A stretch of DNA of 42,576 nucleotides, taken from positions 1 to 42,576 of IMG/VR virus record IMGVR_UViG_3300032272_000029. One strand, given 5' to 3'. The notes beneath the pieces were generated by a model. That model saw nothing but the letters and a program-made list of their open reading frames with translations. It was not told where the DNA came from and searched no databases. Positions 15,966 through 26,465 of the stretch are shown one piece after another (position 1 is the stretch's first letter; each line of letters opens with the position of its first letter). Both the position numbers and the translations under genes were made by a program. Origin of the DNA: a virus. Lineage: Duplodnaviria > Caudoviricetes.

Positions 15966-16287
15966 AGGCTTCCTTCTTCTTACGAACAGGACCCAGAAGT
16001 TTACCCTCTGGCGAGTTCTTCACTGAGCTCGCGGTCATGAGGCCAGCACCAGCAGTAGCAGCCCACCCAGCGCCCTCCAAGATCAGGTTGAACGGAGCAG
16101 GCGCCCAGTCCCCCAAGAAGCTAAAGATCCTACCACCCGCCTCAAGCCCCTTAGCAGCGCCCTCAGCGCCCGTGTCGCTGGGCGTGCTGAAGTACTGCGT
16201 CATCACCTCTCCGAGCGTAGAGCAGCCGACTGTGCCCCACAGCAGGGCCGTCAGGACAGACAGCCACCAGAACGTTCTTAATGTCAT
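15964..16287 (-). CDS. Lipoprotein with C-terminal Gly/Ala-rich hydrophobic segment (spanin candidate)
   Basis: Start ATG at 16287 (ATGA coupling); MTLRTFWWLSVLTALLWGTVG-C lipobox; basic tail. Confidence 0.7.
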   Translation of the reverse strand: MTLRTFWWLSVLTALLWGTVGCSTLGEVMTQYFSTPSDTGAEGAAKGLEAGGRIFSFLGDWAPAPFNLILEGAGWAATAGAGLMTASSVKNSPEGKLLGPVRKKKEA

Positions 16288-16538
16288 CCTCTGAACTCCT
16301 TCACCACTAGGTAGATGGTGTTGATTACCACCGGCACCATCAGCATGAACAGGGTCCGGTGCCACCACCGGGTCCCCTTCAGTTGCTCCGTATTCTTAGA
16401 GACCTGCACTGTCAGCGCCTCCTGCCCGTTACCTATGAACAGGCGACGGTTGAGGTCGTTGATCGCAACCTCAAGGTTATGGAGGTCGGCCTTAGTCAAG
16501 CACTGGGCATGGTCCGAATTGTGTTCTCCACTGCTCAT
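16284..16538 (-). CDS. Holin-like protein (coiled coil plus C-terminal TM)
   Basis: WWHRTLFMLMVPVVINTIYLVV; at the end of the late operon. Confidence 0.55.
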   Translation of the reverse strand: MSSGEHNSDHAQCLTKADLHNLEVAINDLNRRLFIGNGQEALTVQVSKNTEQLKGTRWWHRTLFMLMVPVVINTIYLVVKEFRG

Positions 16539-19500
16539 TGAACGTCCTCAAACTCTATGGATGGTAGCAGGGCTGGATTCTCAACAGGGTTGTTTCGGAA
16601 ACTGTTCTCAACATTGTTGAAGACGTTCCTTAGGTAGAACAATGTGTGCCACGGCAGGAGCTTTCTGGCCGTGTTGATGTCTGCGTCAGTAAATTCCTTG
16701 CCAGCAAGCTTCCCGGTAAGCGCGCCGAACACCTGGCTGATATCAAAGAAGGTTCCCATGGACGGGCCAGCCACAGCGGAGGCTAGGTTTCTAGACCGGA
16801 ACCTCTCCGCGGAAGAGACGCCCAGTGGCTCAGCTGCCTTCAGACCAATGTTAACGAACTCGGAGAAGATACCACCGATACCGCTACGGTCGATCCCGTT
16901 AAGGATTAGCTTCGTACCAGTGGGGGACTCCTTTCTGTTGTTGAAGCTGTCCTTCAGGATCTGGGTCATAATGCCCATAGACATGAGACTGATAGCGCCA
17001 GAGGCGACGTTCTGGTCCATGCGACTCATGCCGGACAAGAGGATCTTCGAGGAGCCGGTCCAAGCGAAGCTCTTGAACTGGCCGAACATTGCCCCCATGG
17101 AACTCGAGAACCAGCGAGGAGTGGAGCCTGCGCCAGGCGTGATGATAGTTCGGTTCACCTCAGCGATTACAGCTGCCTCGAATGCTTCAGCCGCACCACG
17201 ATCTGTCTTCAACCAGCGGTCAGAGTGAGCCAGTAGTATCTTCTCGGTGCCGCCCTCGACAACCCGCTCACCGTGGAGATCATTCTGCTTGTGGATCCTA
17301 CGGAGCATGTCATGGGAGAAGCCCTCTAACTCGATAGCGTTTCTCTCGGACTTGGTTAGGGCCTTACCCTCTGACACCTTGCGCGCCACCTGCAGGATCT
17401 TGTCCGCAGTGTTGATAGACGCGAACCCCTTATGGAATGCGTTCCAGTGGTTGATTAGAGAGACGACCCCAGTTGCGTCACGCAGGTAGGTCAGCGCCTT
17501 ACCAACCTTGTTGGTCGCAGGTAGCTCTGCCATGTCAGCCATGAGGGTACTGCGCGACCCAGTCACTAGCTCGAGTTGGGCGACGTTCCGCTGTAGCTCT
17601 GTGCGGGAACCCTTAAAGATCCGCTTGTCTGACATAGCGGCCTTGAGCGTCCTCCAGGTCTGCGGCAGGCCGTTAACGAACACATGCATGGCCATGTCTG
17701 GGAAGCTGGACAGAACGAACCCACCACCGAACCGGACATAGTTCAGGGTGCGGAAACCCCAGGAGATATTCTTAAACATCTCCTCGTGGGGCTGATCTCC
17801 ACCCATGATCTGACCCAGCATGCGAGCCCGCAGCGTGTCAATGTCGTTAAGATCCTGCTTCAGCTGCTTCTCTAGGCTCTTGACCTTCTTCGCGTCACCC
17901 TCAGCCTTGGCCTTGTCTAGCTTCACCGAGTGCTGGTGCTTCACGTCATTAATTACGTGCACTAGGCTGGAGGATTCCTCGGCTTGCTGTCGCAGGAGGT
18001 TGGAGTTGATCACATGGAGGCGCTCAACGGCGTTCTCCATCGACTCCTCGTCCACATACAGGACTCGCCGGAAGTTCCCGCTAGGCTCCGCACCGTCCAG
18101 GGATTTCGCTTCCTTCTTGATGAAGTCGATAGCCTTCTGGTTAGTTGCAAGGTCCTCCCTGAGCTTGATCGCCGCCTCCTCATCGAGGCCCTCTCTACGG
18201 AGGCCGTCAACGAGGTCCTCACGCACGCTCAGGAGATTACGCAGGGTAGTGGCCGACTCCCTGTGCGTGGCCAGTGCAGAGTTAGACAGGGCCCTTACGA
18301 AGGGCATGTCGTGAAGGATACCCTCGAGGCGCTGAATGTCCGTAGGGTCCACCTCGTTTCCGCGTCGGATGTCTTCCCTGAGGTCGTCGATCTCCCGGCG
18401 CATACGGAGCATGTTGGTGGTCATGTTGGACATGTCACCAGCTCGCGCTAACTCAATCCTGGGCAGCATGTCGTTGGCGTACTTGGAGGTGTAGTCGTCC
18501 AGCTTCGTAGACAGAGCCCCAACGCTCGAGAGCTCCGCGTCAGACAGCGGGAGGCGTCTACTGCGGAAGGGGCTAGTGACAGGAGAGATCCCAGCCAGGC
18601 TGTTGCCGTTCGTCAGGCCCTGCATGTGCCCAATGATATTGAACGTGTGTTTAACAAGCTCATCCTGCGGGCTCACCGGAAGGTCTAGCGCTCTCTTGTT
18701 GACCTCTGCTGCGGTGGCTGCGTCAGACAGGTCAAACTCTACGCCGTCGTCCAGCTCGTCCTTGACGGACTGAATAGCCTTGGCCCGGTTAGCAGCACGT
18801 TCCTCCTCAACGAGGGACTTCTTGATCAGGTTGACCAACCCACGGTTATCCTTGTGGACGTTGCTCCTGTCCCAGATGCGGGTCATGTCAACAATGTCCT
18901 CTGAGGAGATAAACCCGCGCTCTACTGCGGACTCAGAAACCATGTTCTTGATTTCAGTCATCTCTGCCGCCGCGGCTCTCACCTGAGGTGAGGAGCTGAA
19001 CCCCTCGCCCTGGTGGATGACGCCGAACATAGCGCTCTCAAACTCCTGCTGGGTCTTGTGCTCACCGCCGGAAGTCTTGTGCTCCTTCCAGTGGTCCTTG
19101 ATCATGGCATGCCGACCAGCAATAAAGGTCTTGCCTCGAGCAATGAAGGCCTCAGCCGACTGCCCCTTTGGCCGCTCACCCTTAAACAAGATCGCAGTGT
19201 CAACCATACGCATAGCTAAGGCGCGCATGGCACCGCCAGCAGAGCCACGGTTGAACAGCATCTTTGTCTCGATACTACGGATAGCCTGGGCGGCCACCTT
19301 GCCCAGCCAAGGGAGCTCAGGAACGTCGGCGCCTGGGTTGTTCTTGCGGAAGGCTGCCTGGCCACCCTCATGTAGGAGCTCCGGCCTGAGCATGTCCTCG
19401 GGGATAGCATCGATCCACGCCTGCACCTCAGGGTCGTCACTACGCAGCGTGACCTCGTTGGTCTTGGGGTCGATTACTGGCCGGATAGGCTCAACCCTAG

Positions 19501-20323
19501 CAGCGCCCACACTGGGAGAGAGACCGTCCTCTGGCATTTCCTTCATGCCGCGGATCTCAATGGTGTCTATGGCTGCTAGCCCACCGTTCTCCAGGTCGGC
19601 GATCTCTTTGCCAATCTGGGTCTCTAGACTCTTGCGCTCGATGGTGTCGATCACCTCAGCGGCGGCAGCCCCAGACTTCTGAAGCCCACGGATAGTGCTA
19701 CCAAGGACGCCGATAAGGACAGCCCCACCAGCCACGTTCAGTATGGACTCACGGCCAGTACGGAGGTCTTGGGTGAAGGACAGCCCCGCCTCACCGGCCG
19801 CGTTCACTGCGGTGCCCAGAAGTATGTCGTTAGAGATGCTGGTCTTGGTCAGGCTAGACAACCTGCCCGCCTTGCTCAGCTTTGAGATAGCCCCAACCAC
19901 CAGGAGATTCTCTGGGGACAGGATTGCCGCAAACCCAGCAGCGGCGATACCACCCCAACCAGCCTCCTCGAGAACCCTACGACTGTTGAGTTGCGTCTGT
20001 AGGCGGGACTTTATGTCCGAGGTTTCAGCCCGTGACTGCGAACCAGAGAAGTGGTCAAGGTGCTGGTCGAACCCCTTAAGCTGGGGGTCCTTCAAAATGG
20101 AGTACCCAAACTCCGGGTCGTGACTGCTAAGGCCGCCAGTCATGGCAAAGCTAGCGGAGGAAACCAGGAGGTTCTCCTGCTGGAACGCGGCGCCCAGAAC
20201 CTGGAAGATACCAGCTTCGTCAGGCCTGCGCGGTAGCAGCGGGGTAGCTGACTTCTCCTGAAGGATTCCCATAGAGAACCGTCCGACCATACCCTCATGG
20301 TCTTGTTTGCTAATCAGAGGCAT
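16535..20323 (-). CDS. Large internal virion (ejection) protein, T7 gp16-like position
   Basis: 1262 aa, predicted helical; conserved-looking C-terminus (IITPG...P-x-W...GQFKSF...DRSG...AVAGP). Confidence 0.8.
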   Translation of the reverse strand: MPLISKQDHEGMVGRFSMGILQEKSATPLLPRRPDEAGIFQVLGAAFQQENLLVSSASFAMTGGLSSHDPEFGYSILKDPQLKGFDQHLDHFSGSQSRAETSDIKSRLQTQLNSRRVLEEAGWGGIAAAGFAAILSPENLLVVGAISKLSKAGRLSSLTKTSISNDILLGTAVNAAGEAGLSFTQDLRTGRESILNVAGGAVLIGVLGSTIRGLQKSGAAAAEVIDTIERKSLETQIGKEIADLENGGLAAIDTIEIRGMKEMPEDGLSPSVGAARVEPIRPVIDPKTNEVTLRSDDPEVQAWIDAIPEDMLRPELLHEGGQAAFRKNNPGADVPELPWLGKVAAQAIRSIETKMLFNRGSAGGAMRALAMRMVDTAILFKGERPKGQSAEAFIARGKTFIAGRHAMIKDHWKEHKTSGGEHKTQQEFESAMFGVIHQGEGFSSSPQVRAAAAEMTEIKNMVSESAVERGFISSEDIVDMTRIWDRSNVHKDNRGLVNLIKKSLVEEERAANRAKAIQSVKDELDDGVEFDLSDAATAAEVNKRALDLPVSPQDELVKHTFNIIGHMQGLTNGNSLAGISPVTSPFRSRRLPLSDAELSSVGALSTKLDDYTSKYANDMLPRIELARAGDMSNMTTNMLRMRREIDDLREDIRRGNEVDPTDIQRLEGILHDMPFVRALSNSALATHRESATTLRNLLSVREDLVDGLRREGLDEEAAIKLREDLATNQKAIDFIKKEAKSLDGAEPSGNFRRVLYVDEESMENAVERLHVINSNLLRQQAEESSSLVHVINDVKHQHSVKLDKAKAEGDAKKVKSLEKQLKQDLNDIDTLRARMLGQIMGGDQPHEEMFKNISWGFRTLNYVRFGGGFVLSSFPDMAMHVFVNGLPQTWRTLKAAMSDKRIFKGSRTELQRNVAQLELVTGSRSTLMADMAELPATNKVGKALTYLRDATGVVSLINHWNAFHKGFASINTADKILQVARKVSEGKALTKSERNAIELEGFSHDMLRRIHKQNDLHGERVVEGGTEKILLAHSDRWLKTDRGAAEAFEAAVIAEVNRTIITPGAGSTPRWFSSSMGAMFGQFKSFAWTGSSKILLSGMSRMDQNVASGAISLMSMGIMTQILKDSFNNRKESPTGTKLILNGIDRSGIGGIFSEFVNIGLKAAEPLGVSSAERFRSRNLASAVAGPSMGTFFDISQVFGALTGKLAGKEFTDADINTARKLLPWHTLFYLRNVFNNVENSFRNNPVENPALLPSIEFEDVQ

Positions 20324-20332
20324 GCCGTTCTC

Positions 20333-23074
20333 CTATGGTCTGAACCCACCTGGGTGCCCGGTAGCGCTGCCGTCCTGAGTGAACGTCCTCTTGCCGCGGG
20401 CAGGTTCTTCAGGAAGGAGGGAAGCCGCCTTCTTAAAGATGTCCTGCATGGTTCCCTTGATCTGAGCTCGGTTCTCTTCTACGTCGATCTCATGCTGGAT
20501 CATTCCGATAGCCTGCTCGTCGGTACCAAAGTTCTGGCGACGGACCTCCATAGCCTTCAGCTTCTCAAACCACCTCTGGCTCGTCTCCCGCTTGCCGTTG
20601 ACCTTAGCCTTGCGGCCCTCAGAGAAGAAGGCTGGGTCTAGGTCCCGCACGTTCTTCCTAGCAAAAGCCCACGCGCCTTTGGCAACTTTCAGGTCTCTAG
20701 CCTTAGCCTTGGAGACCTTGCCGAACTCACGCTGCTCTTGCTGGGCCGCGCGCATAGCAACCTTCAGCCGAGTCTGGGCTGTGTCCAGGCTAGCTCTAGC
20801 TCTGACCGGGTTGTGCTTCAGGGAGTTACGGCGGTATCCCTGGGTGCCGCCAGTCTCAACGGCTGGGAGAGACCTAGCAAACTCTGTGTCAGCCTCGAAG
20901 ATGACAAGCCTAAGCGCATCCTTGCGCTCGCCACCTTCCATGTAATGGTCCTTGCCGTTGCGGATGTAACTTCCGTCCGCTCTGAAGTACGCAGTCCTTG
21001 GCTCCTGGCCCTCAATCTGGACAGTACCCAACCAGTACTTGCTGTCTCCAGACCCGTACGAGACCATGTCGAATTCGTTCTCACGAACTCCCGAGTTCAT
21101 CATGGAGTTGTACTGGTCGAACATTTGGAACTCAGCGTAAGCAGCCAGGCCTTCGACGGCATTCATCGGGTTAGTCGTGCGGGCCCTGAACGTGTTGTTC
21201 TTCTGGGTCAACCCAAAGAAGGTTGCTATGCCTAGCGTGTCTGCGTCTTCCCGCATCTTGCTGGGAGCCGAGAAGCCGGTCATAGGGCCAAAGAGCTCCT
21301 GCGGTCCGCGGCGTTCTGACCACTTATCCAGCGTCTTCTGCAGGGCTAGCTCAGCGTCTCCGTTAGCTACCGGAATCATTGCCCTGTAGGCCTGAACGAA
21401 AGCCTCTTCCTCTTGGAGTATCTCCTGCGTCTGAGGGAGATCCTCTACCTTGATGTCGAACCCGAGGGTGTTGAAGAAGTCACCCGTGCGCGCGACGATT
21501 CCAGCGAACGCTTCCTTCGCCTTCGTCCTGCCCGCACCCTCGTCCTGGTCGTCACCCTTCTCCTCCTGGAACCAACCCTCAAGGAAGTCTGGAGAGGTGC
21601 TCTTGAAGAAGGCCTCTGTTGAGGTCGGTACGTCACCCTTGATGTCTACGTCGTCAACCACGCCTGTATCGCGACCGACCTGGTTAGCTTTCTCCTGGCC
21701 CTTTGACCCACCAGGGAGGTTAGCCTCACCTCGAGGTCGACTTCGCTTTTGATTCTGGGCCTCACGCCGGGTGCGCATCTTCTCGGAAACTCGGTCGCGG
21801 ACACTACCGGCAAGGCGCTCCAGCTTAGGGTCTCCTGATATCTCCCAGGAGGTAATCATGTCCCGGAACTCGTCAACCTGGATAAGGCTGCCGTAGTTGG
21901 GGGCCTGCCTGATCATGTAGTCAGCAGCCGCCCGCGGGTTCTGCTTCCTCTCCAGCCAAGAACTGTCGCTCGACTGCAGCATGTTGATACCGCTGAAGTC
22001 TGTGACTGGGCTAGCCGTCTCTGACCCACGGATAAGCTCCCTCGCGTGGTCCAGGGCCCTCACCTGACTCTCTGCTGCGTGATTAGCCGCGACCATGGCG
22101 TCATCCATGGAGTCGAGGACTTCCTCACTCAGGGTGCCTGACCTCGCGAATTCCTGAGAGGATTCCCGGCGTGCCTTAGCGCTCTCGTAGAGGGCTCGGT
22201 AATCTCCGCCAGCGTCCCTGATCTGATCCTCGGTCAGCTTGCTGTCATTGACGGCCATGGAGTGCTTCTCTGCCGCAGTCCTCTTGAAGATCCGGGTGTC
22301 TTGCGCTCGCTTAGCCTCCAGCCACACAGGATCGAGGCCCTCAGCTAGGGGACTCTTGTACAGGGCGCCAACGCCACCTGGGTTCACGGCTCTAGTGGAA
22401 GCCACCGCGTCTGAGAACAGCTGCTGCTGAAACTTCTGGGAGACCTCGTCACGCTGGTCTGGGGTGGTCAGGTGCGGGCTGCCCTGAATGCGGCTCTTGG
22501 CTGCCTCGAGAGTCGACATGAAGACGCCAACCGGGTCTCCCCCGTCAGCCCGGATTGCGTCTGCATCGCTAACGCCGGTATCTATGGACGTGGTGAGTTC
22601 TGCATCTAGGGTGGCTAGGCCGTGCTGGAGACGGCGCTTCCTGCGAACGGACCCCAGGCGAAGGCCGAAGATTCCGGACTCCTTCAACTGGTGGTTCTCT
22701 AGCTCTGCCCGGTCACGCTCACTAAGGTTCGCCCCACCCGAGATCTCGTCTATCTCAGTGACGCCGCGCTCCTCGAGACCGTCATCCCACTCAGTGTCAG
22801 ACCACTGGTCGACGGGAGCATCCTCTGCCTCCGCAAGAATCGCCTGCCTAGCGAGGGTCATTTTGACCTTAGCCTTGCCGAGCTCTGCGCTGGAGTTGGC
22901 CTTGTCTCGCTCCTCCCGAGCTCTCTCCTCTGCGGCATGCTGCTTGTGGAAAGCCTCACCCACCTGCTCGAGACCCCTGGCCACAGTATCCGGAGTCTCG
23001 ACCACGGCACTGGGGAGTTGCCCTGGGAGCTGTGCGCTCGGTAGGTTACTTCTCCGGATATTGATGCTAGGCAC
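20333..23074 (-). CDS. Internal virion protein, gp15-like position
   Basis: 913 aa, helical; N-terminus MPSI...VARGLEQVGEAF; synteny. Confidence 0.75.
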   Translation of the reverse strand: MPSINIRRSNLPSAQLPGQLPSAVVETPDTVARGLEQVGEAFHKQHAAEERAREERDKANSSAELGKAKVKMTLARQAILAEAEDAPVDQWSDTEWDDGLEERGVTEIDEISGGANLSERDRAELENHQLKESGIFGLRLGSVRRKRRLQHGLATLDAELTTSIDTGVSDADAIRADGGDPVGVFMSTLEAAKSRIQGSPHLTTPDQRDEVSQKFQQQLFSDAVASTRAVNPGGVGALYKSPLAEGLDPVWLEAKRAQDTRIFKRTAAEKHSMAVNDSKLTEDQIRDAGGDYRALYESAKARRESSQEFARSGTLSEEVLDSMDDAMVAANHAAESQVRALDHARELIRGSETASPVTDFSGINMLQSSDSSWLERKQNPRAAADYMIRQAPNYGSLIQVDEFRDMITSWEISGDPKLERLAGSVRDRVSEKMRTRREAQNQKRSRPRGEANLPGGSKGQEKANQVGRDTGVVDDVDIKGDVPTSTEAFFKSTSPDFLEGWFQEEKGDDQDEGAGRTKAKEAFAGIVARTGDFFNTLGFDIKVEDLPQTQEILQEEEAFVQAYRAMIPVANGDAELALQKTLDKWSERRGPQELFGPMTGFSAPSKMREDADTLGIATFFGLTQKNNTFRARTTNPMNAVEGLAAYAEFQMFDQYNSMMNSGVRENEFDMVSYGSGDSKYWLGTVQIEGQEPRTAYFRADGSYIRNGKDHYMEGGERKDALRLVIFEADTEFARSLPAVETGGTQGYRRNSLKHNPVRARASLDTAQTRLKVAMRAAQQEQREFGKVSKAKARDLKVAKGAWAFARKNVRDLDPAFFSEGRKAKVNGKRETSQRWFEKLKAMEVRRQNFGTDEQAIGMIQHEIDVEENRAQIKGTMQDIFKKAASLLPEEPARGKRTFTQDGSATGHPGGFRP

Positions 23075-23098
23075 GACTACTCCTTAAATGACTGTTGG

Positions 23099-23761
23099 CT
23101 AACCACCACCACCGCCGCCGCCCCCACCACCTGAGCCACCGCCGCCACTGCCTCCGCCACCCCCAGAGATGCCGGATAGGCTGGGTCCCTTACCCTTGCC
23201 GCCCTGAGGCTTAAGGCCTTGCTGCCCCATACCCTGGCTTCCACCGATCTCGCCGAACTGGAGGTTTATCCCCTGGCCCAACTTGCCGGCCACGCTGAGG
23301 AGTGTCCCGATTCGCCCCATCTCAGCAGCCCGGTTAACCCGGTGAGCTCTCTTCCTGAGGCGGTCAGCTACCTGCTTGGCGCCCTGGAGAATGCGGCTCT
23401 CTTCCTCGAACGAGTTGGAGAAGGTCTCCAGTATAACCTCACTTGCGGTGAGACTGTGAACCCCTACACCGGCAGCACCAAAGGAAGCCTTCTGTGAGGC
23501 CGCTAGGCGCGCCGCTCTTCGACGAGAGTCCTCTGCCGCCTGTCTCCCTATCTCCTCGGTCCTGTTCGCGTCCTCGCGCAGCTCACGAGCTGTGGCGCGT
23601 GCCTCGTCCTCTGCGTTGATTGCACGGATCACGTCAGCGCTAGCATCGAAGAAGGCCCCGATGTCGAAACTACCACCGGTAATCCCCTGGGCGCCGCCGC
23701 TACCCCCGCCGGTGCTACCGCCGCCGCCGAATAAACTCCCAACGTCGTCGAAGAATCCCAC
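23099..23761 (-). CDS. Internal virion protein, gp14-like, with Gly-rich termini
   Basis: QKASFGAAGV motif; synteny after tail tubular B. Confidence 0.75.
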   Translation of the reverse strand: MGFFDDVGSLFGGGGSTGGGSGGAQGITGGSFDIGAFFDASADVIRAINAEDEARATARELREDANRTEEIGRQAAEDSRRRAARLAASQKASFGAAGVGVHSLTASEVILETFSNSFEEESRILQGAKQVADRLRKRAHRVNRAAEMGRIGTLLSVAGKLGQGINLQFGEIGGSQGMGQQGLKPQGGKGKGPSLSGISGGGGGSGGGGSGGGGGGGGGG

Positions 23762-23771
23762 TGGTTACCTC

Positions 23772-26465
23772 CTAATCCTCTAGCCTGACATCCACGGCTA
23801 CTGCCAGGACGCGGAAGGGGAACGGCTCTGTCTGTGTGATAGTCACAGTGGCCTCCTCCCCCTTATTGTGGTGGGCCGTCTCCCCGAGCTCCCAGTTGCT
23901 GCTCAGAGTGTGAGCCGTGCCTACGGTGTAGTTACCCAGCTTACCCTTGCCGTTGAGCTTCCCGCCAGCGGACTTGTCCAGAAGGACGTAGCCCTTGCGG
24001 ACGTTCTTGACCCTGCTGGCCTGATCCCCGTGCCGGTCGTTCTCCGCCAGGGTCTGCATCTTCAGCTCGAACGGGATCTCTAGGCCCAGAGAGAGCTCCG
24101 TGTTGACCGTCAGCGTGCCCAGGTCAAAACTACCTGTCGCGTCCAGGACCTTGGTCCCGTGGTAGACACCGTCAGCCATCATGTGGACCGTCTGAGAAGC
24201 CAGGGAGGCAACAGTCACCTGACCCGTCAGCGGCATGCCCGTGGTCACAGACACAGAGCTGTCCAGCTTCATGCCTGTATCGAATGTCTCTATCCGCATG
24301 GTCTTCACGCCCGCAGAGTCAGTCCGCTCCACGATAGCCCACAGCTGATCGTCCAGCCCGGTCCTGCGTACTGCCAGGATGCTTTTGAACACCGGTTCAC
24401 CTGTCCCCGTCCACGGAGACCAGCCGACAACACTGGCCTCTTTGCGGTAGGACAGAGCACACAGGCTCCCGTCCGTGCGGAGAGCGATAACCATAGGATC
24501 AGGGTCTCGCAGCATGACTAGCTGGGTGATGGGGTTGCCCTGGAACAGCTCCGGGTTCAGGTTCGTCAGCGTCAGAGGGGTGTACCTGTCCCGCTCAAAT
24601 CGGAACCCGATCTCTCTAAGCTCAGTACCGGTTCTGTTCACGAAAAGCGCACTGCCCCCCGCGAGGACCGGCTGAACTCCCGAGCTTCCGCTTGTCCCTT
24701 GTCTGTCTGCACCTATGCTGGTGGGAGTAATTGGAGTACCTTTGATCACGAACTCTGAATTCTCGGTCCCTACCACTAAGTCTTGCATAGAGGCTAGCCA
24801 CTTAACAGCACCACCCTTGTCATCCCGGACGTTGATCACCATGGCGTCGTCGTCAGAGGCGCCAACGTTGAAGTTAGTGGGGAGCCCGCTACGACTGAGA
24901 GCCAGCGCGTCGGGATCACCCGAGAACCCACCCAAAACCAACCGCTCTTGGTGCATCGTGCAGGTCGAAGCGTAGGAAACTCCAAGCCCCGACTTACTCC
25001 ACGCCACCGTAGTGCCGAAGTGGTCCAGCCCCGCAGCACCCACAGTCACGTAGACGCAGTACCAAGGGACACCACCGCCAGGATAGCCTGGTCCGAACCC
25101 TGTGATGGTAACCTGACCACCGTTGAGGTTCACGGTCACGTTGTTGTCGATGTCTGACTGGGTGAAGATCTTCGCCTCGAGTGTCGTTGGGTCGCTAGTA
25201 GCTACGTTCGCATGAGACGCCGAGAGAAGAACCCCAGCCTCGTTAGCGGTGTCGTCGTTAATAGACAGGGCGATCTGGTTGGTGCTACCCAGGTTCTCTG
25301 ACTCGCGGTCTTTCAGGTACGCATGGTGACTCTTGTTCACGTACACGATGCCGTGCTTGATGTGGGTGCCACCCTCACCCGACACAAGCATGCAGAACGC
25401 GCTACTCCACTTGCCGTTGCCCTGTAGGGTACCTGCTAGGCCAAGGATAAGAACCCTGGGGGTAGTCCTCGCGTTGTTGTTCGTGTACCCGATCGTCATA
25501 ACGGTGCCGATATGGTAGGGCTCGAAGTACCCGATCTGACCTGCATTGTCCCAGTTAACGCTCGTGCGGTTCTCCACTGCGATTATCTCGTGGACCTTCT
25601 CACGGCTGAGGTTGTCCCCGATAGCGACTGAGCCACTCTCAAAGTCACGGACGACGAACTGCGGGGAGCTGCTAGAGCCTAGAGGACCTGCGTTGTTCTC
25701 TGCCGGCATGGTCCCGCTGTCGTAGATCCAGGGGCCACACCAGTTCTTGTCTGCCGGGAAAGAGAAGGCGCTGGTGGATACGTCGAAGCTAGCCTTCTGA
25801 CATTCGACCTCCTCAGGGCTAAAGTCGATAGCTGTGGTGATAAGGAAGTCCAGCCCGTCCACCCGCCAGAACGAAGCCTTGTGGTATTCGTCCGTGTCAG
25901 GGGAGACCGAGTCCGTCTGCACGTCCGACGAGTTAAACAGGGTGTCCACGCTAGACTCGAGCCGGGTAGTCCCGCTCAGCTTAGATAGCTCTGCCTGCTT
26001 AAGGTCCAGCCCGATAGTAGGCGCAACCCCAGCATCGCCCAGGTTGCGGAACGTTATCGTGGAGGGGGTGAAAGTCACCACCTGGGTGTCGAGCGCGTTG
26101 TGCGTCATGAACAGGGTGTCGGGAGTCTGCGTGTAGTGAGCCTCCTGCGCCTGCTGCAGCGTGTACGGAGACGTGGTGCTGGCAATAGACATGACCCCGT
26201 CTATCCACGCACGAACGATACCCTCTCCGAACTCAAGGACGAACCTGCCGATCTCGTCAATGTGCACGTCCACCAGGGCGCCGCCGGTAGTGCTTAAGGA
26301 TGTCGACTTGTACTCAGAGCCCAAACGCTTGAACGGCTCACCGGCCCTGCCGATAGTCCCGTTCTTGAACGAGGGAGAACCCTGCCTGAAGATGTCAGAG
26401 TCCGACTGCCCACGAAGAGACGACCCCAGTTCCCCGCTAGCAAAGCTCTTCTGGACTATCCTCAT
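23772..26465 (-). CDS. Tail tubular protein B (nozzle)
   Basis: QKSFASGELG N-terminus, HQERLVLGG, LVVGTENSEF, VVGWSPW, QTEPFPFRVLA. Confidence 0.9.
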   Translation of the reverse strand: MRIVQKSFASGELGSSLRGQSDSDIFRQGSPSFKNGTIGRAGEPFKRLGSEYKSTSLSTTGGALVDVHIDEIGRFVLEFGEGIVRAWIDGVMSIASTTSPYTLQQAQEAHYTQTPDTLFMTHNALDTQVVTFTPSTITFRNLGDAGVAPTIGLDLKQAELSKLSGTTRLESSVDTLFNSSDVQTDSVSPDTDEYHKASFWRVDGLDFLITTAIDFSPEEVECQKASFDVSTSAFSFPADKNWCGPWIYDSGTMPAENNAGPLGSSSSPQFVVRDFESGSVAIGDNLSREKVHEIIAVENRTSVNWDNAGQIGYFEPYHIGTVMTIGYTNNNARTTPRVLILGLAGTLQGNGKWSSAFCMLVSGEGGTHIKHGIVYVNKSHHAYLKDRESENLGSTNQIALSINDDTANEAGVLLSASHANVATSDPTTLEAKIFTQSDIDNNVTVNLNGGQVTITGFGPGYPGGGVPWYCVYVTVGAAGLDHFGTTVAWSKSGLGVSYASTCTMHQERLVLGGFSGDPDALALSRSGLPTNFNVGASDDDAMVINVRDDKGGAVKWLASMQDLVVGTENSEFVIKGTPITPTSIGADRQGTSGSSGVQPVLAGGSALFVNRTGTELREIGFRFERDRYTPLTLTNLNPELFQGNPITQLVMLRDPDPMVIALRTDGSLCALSYRKEASVVGWSPWTGTGEPVFKSILAVRRTGLDDQLWAIVERTDSAGVKTMRIETFDTGMKLDSSVSVTTGMPLTGQVTVASLASQTVHMMADGVYHGTKVLDATGSFDLGTLTVNTELSLGLEIPFELKMQTLAENDRHGDQASRVKNVRKGYVLLDKSAGGKLNGKGKLGNYTVGTAHTLSSNWELGETAHHNKGEEATVTITQTEPFPFRVLAVAVDVRLED

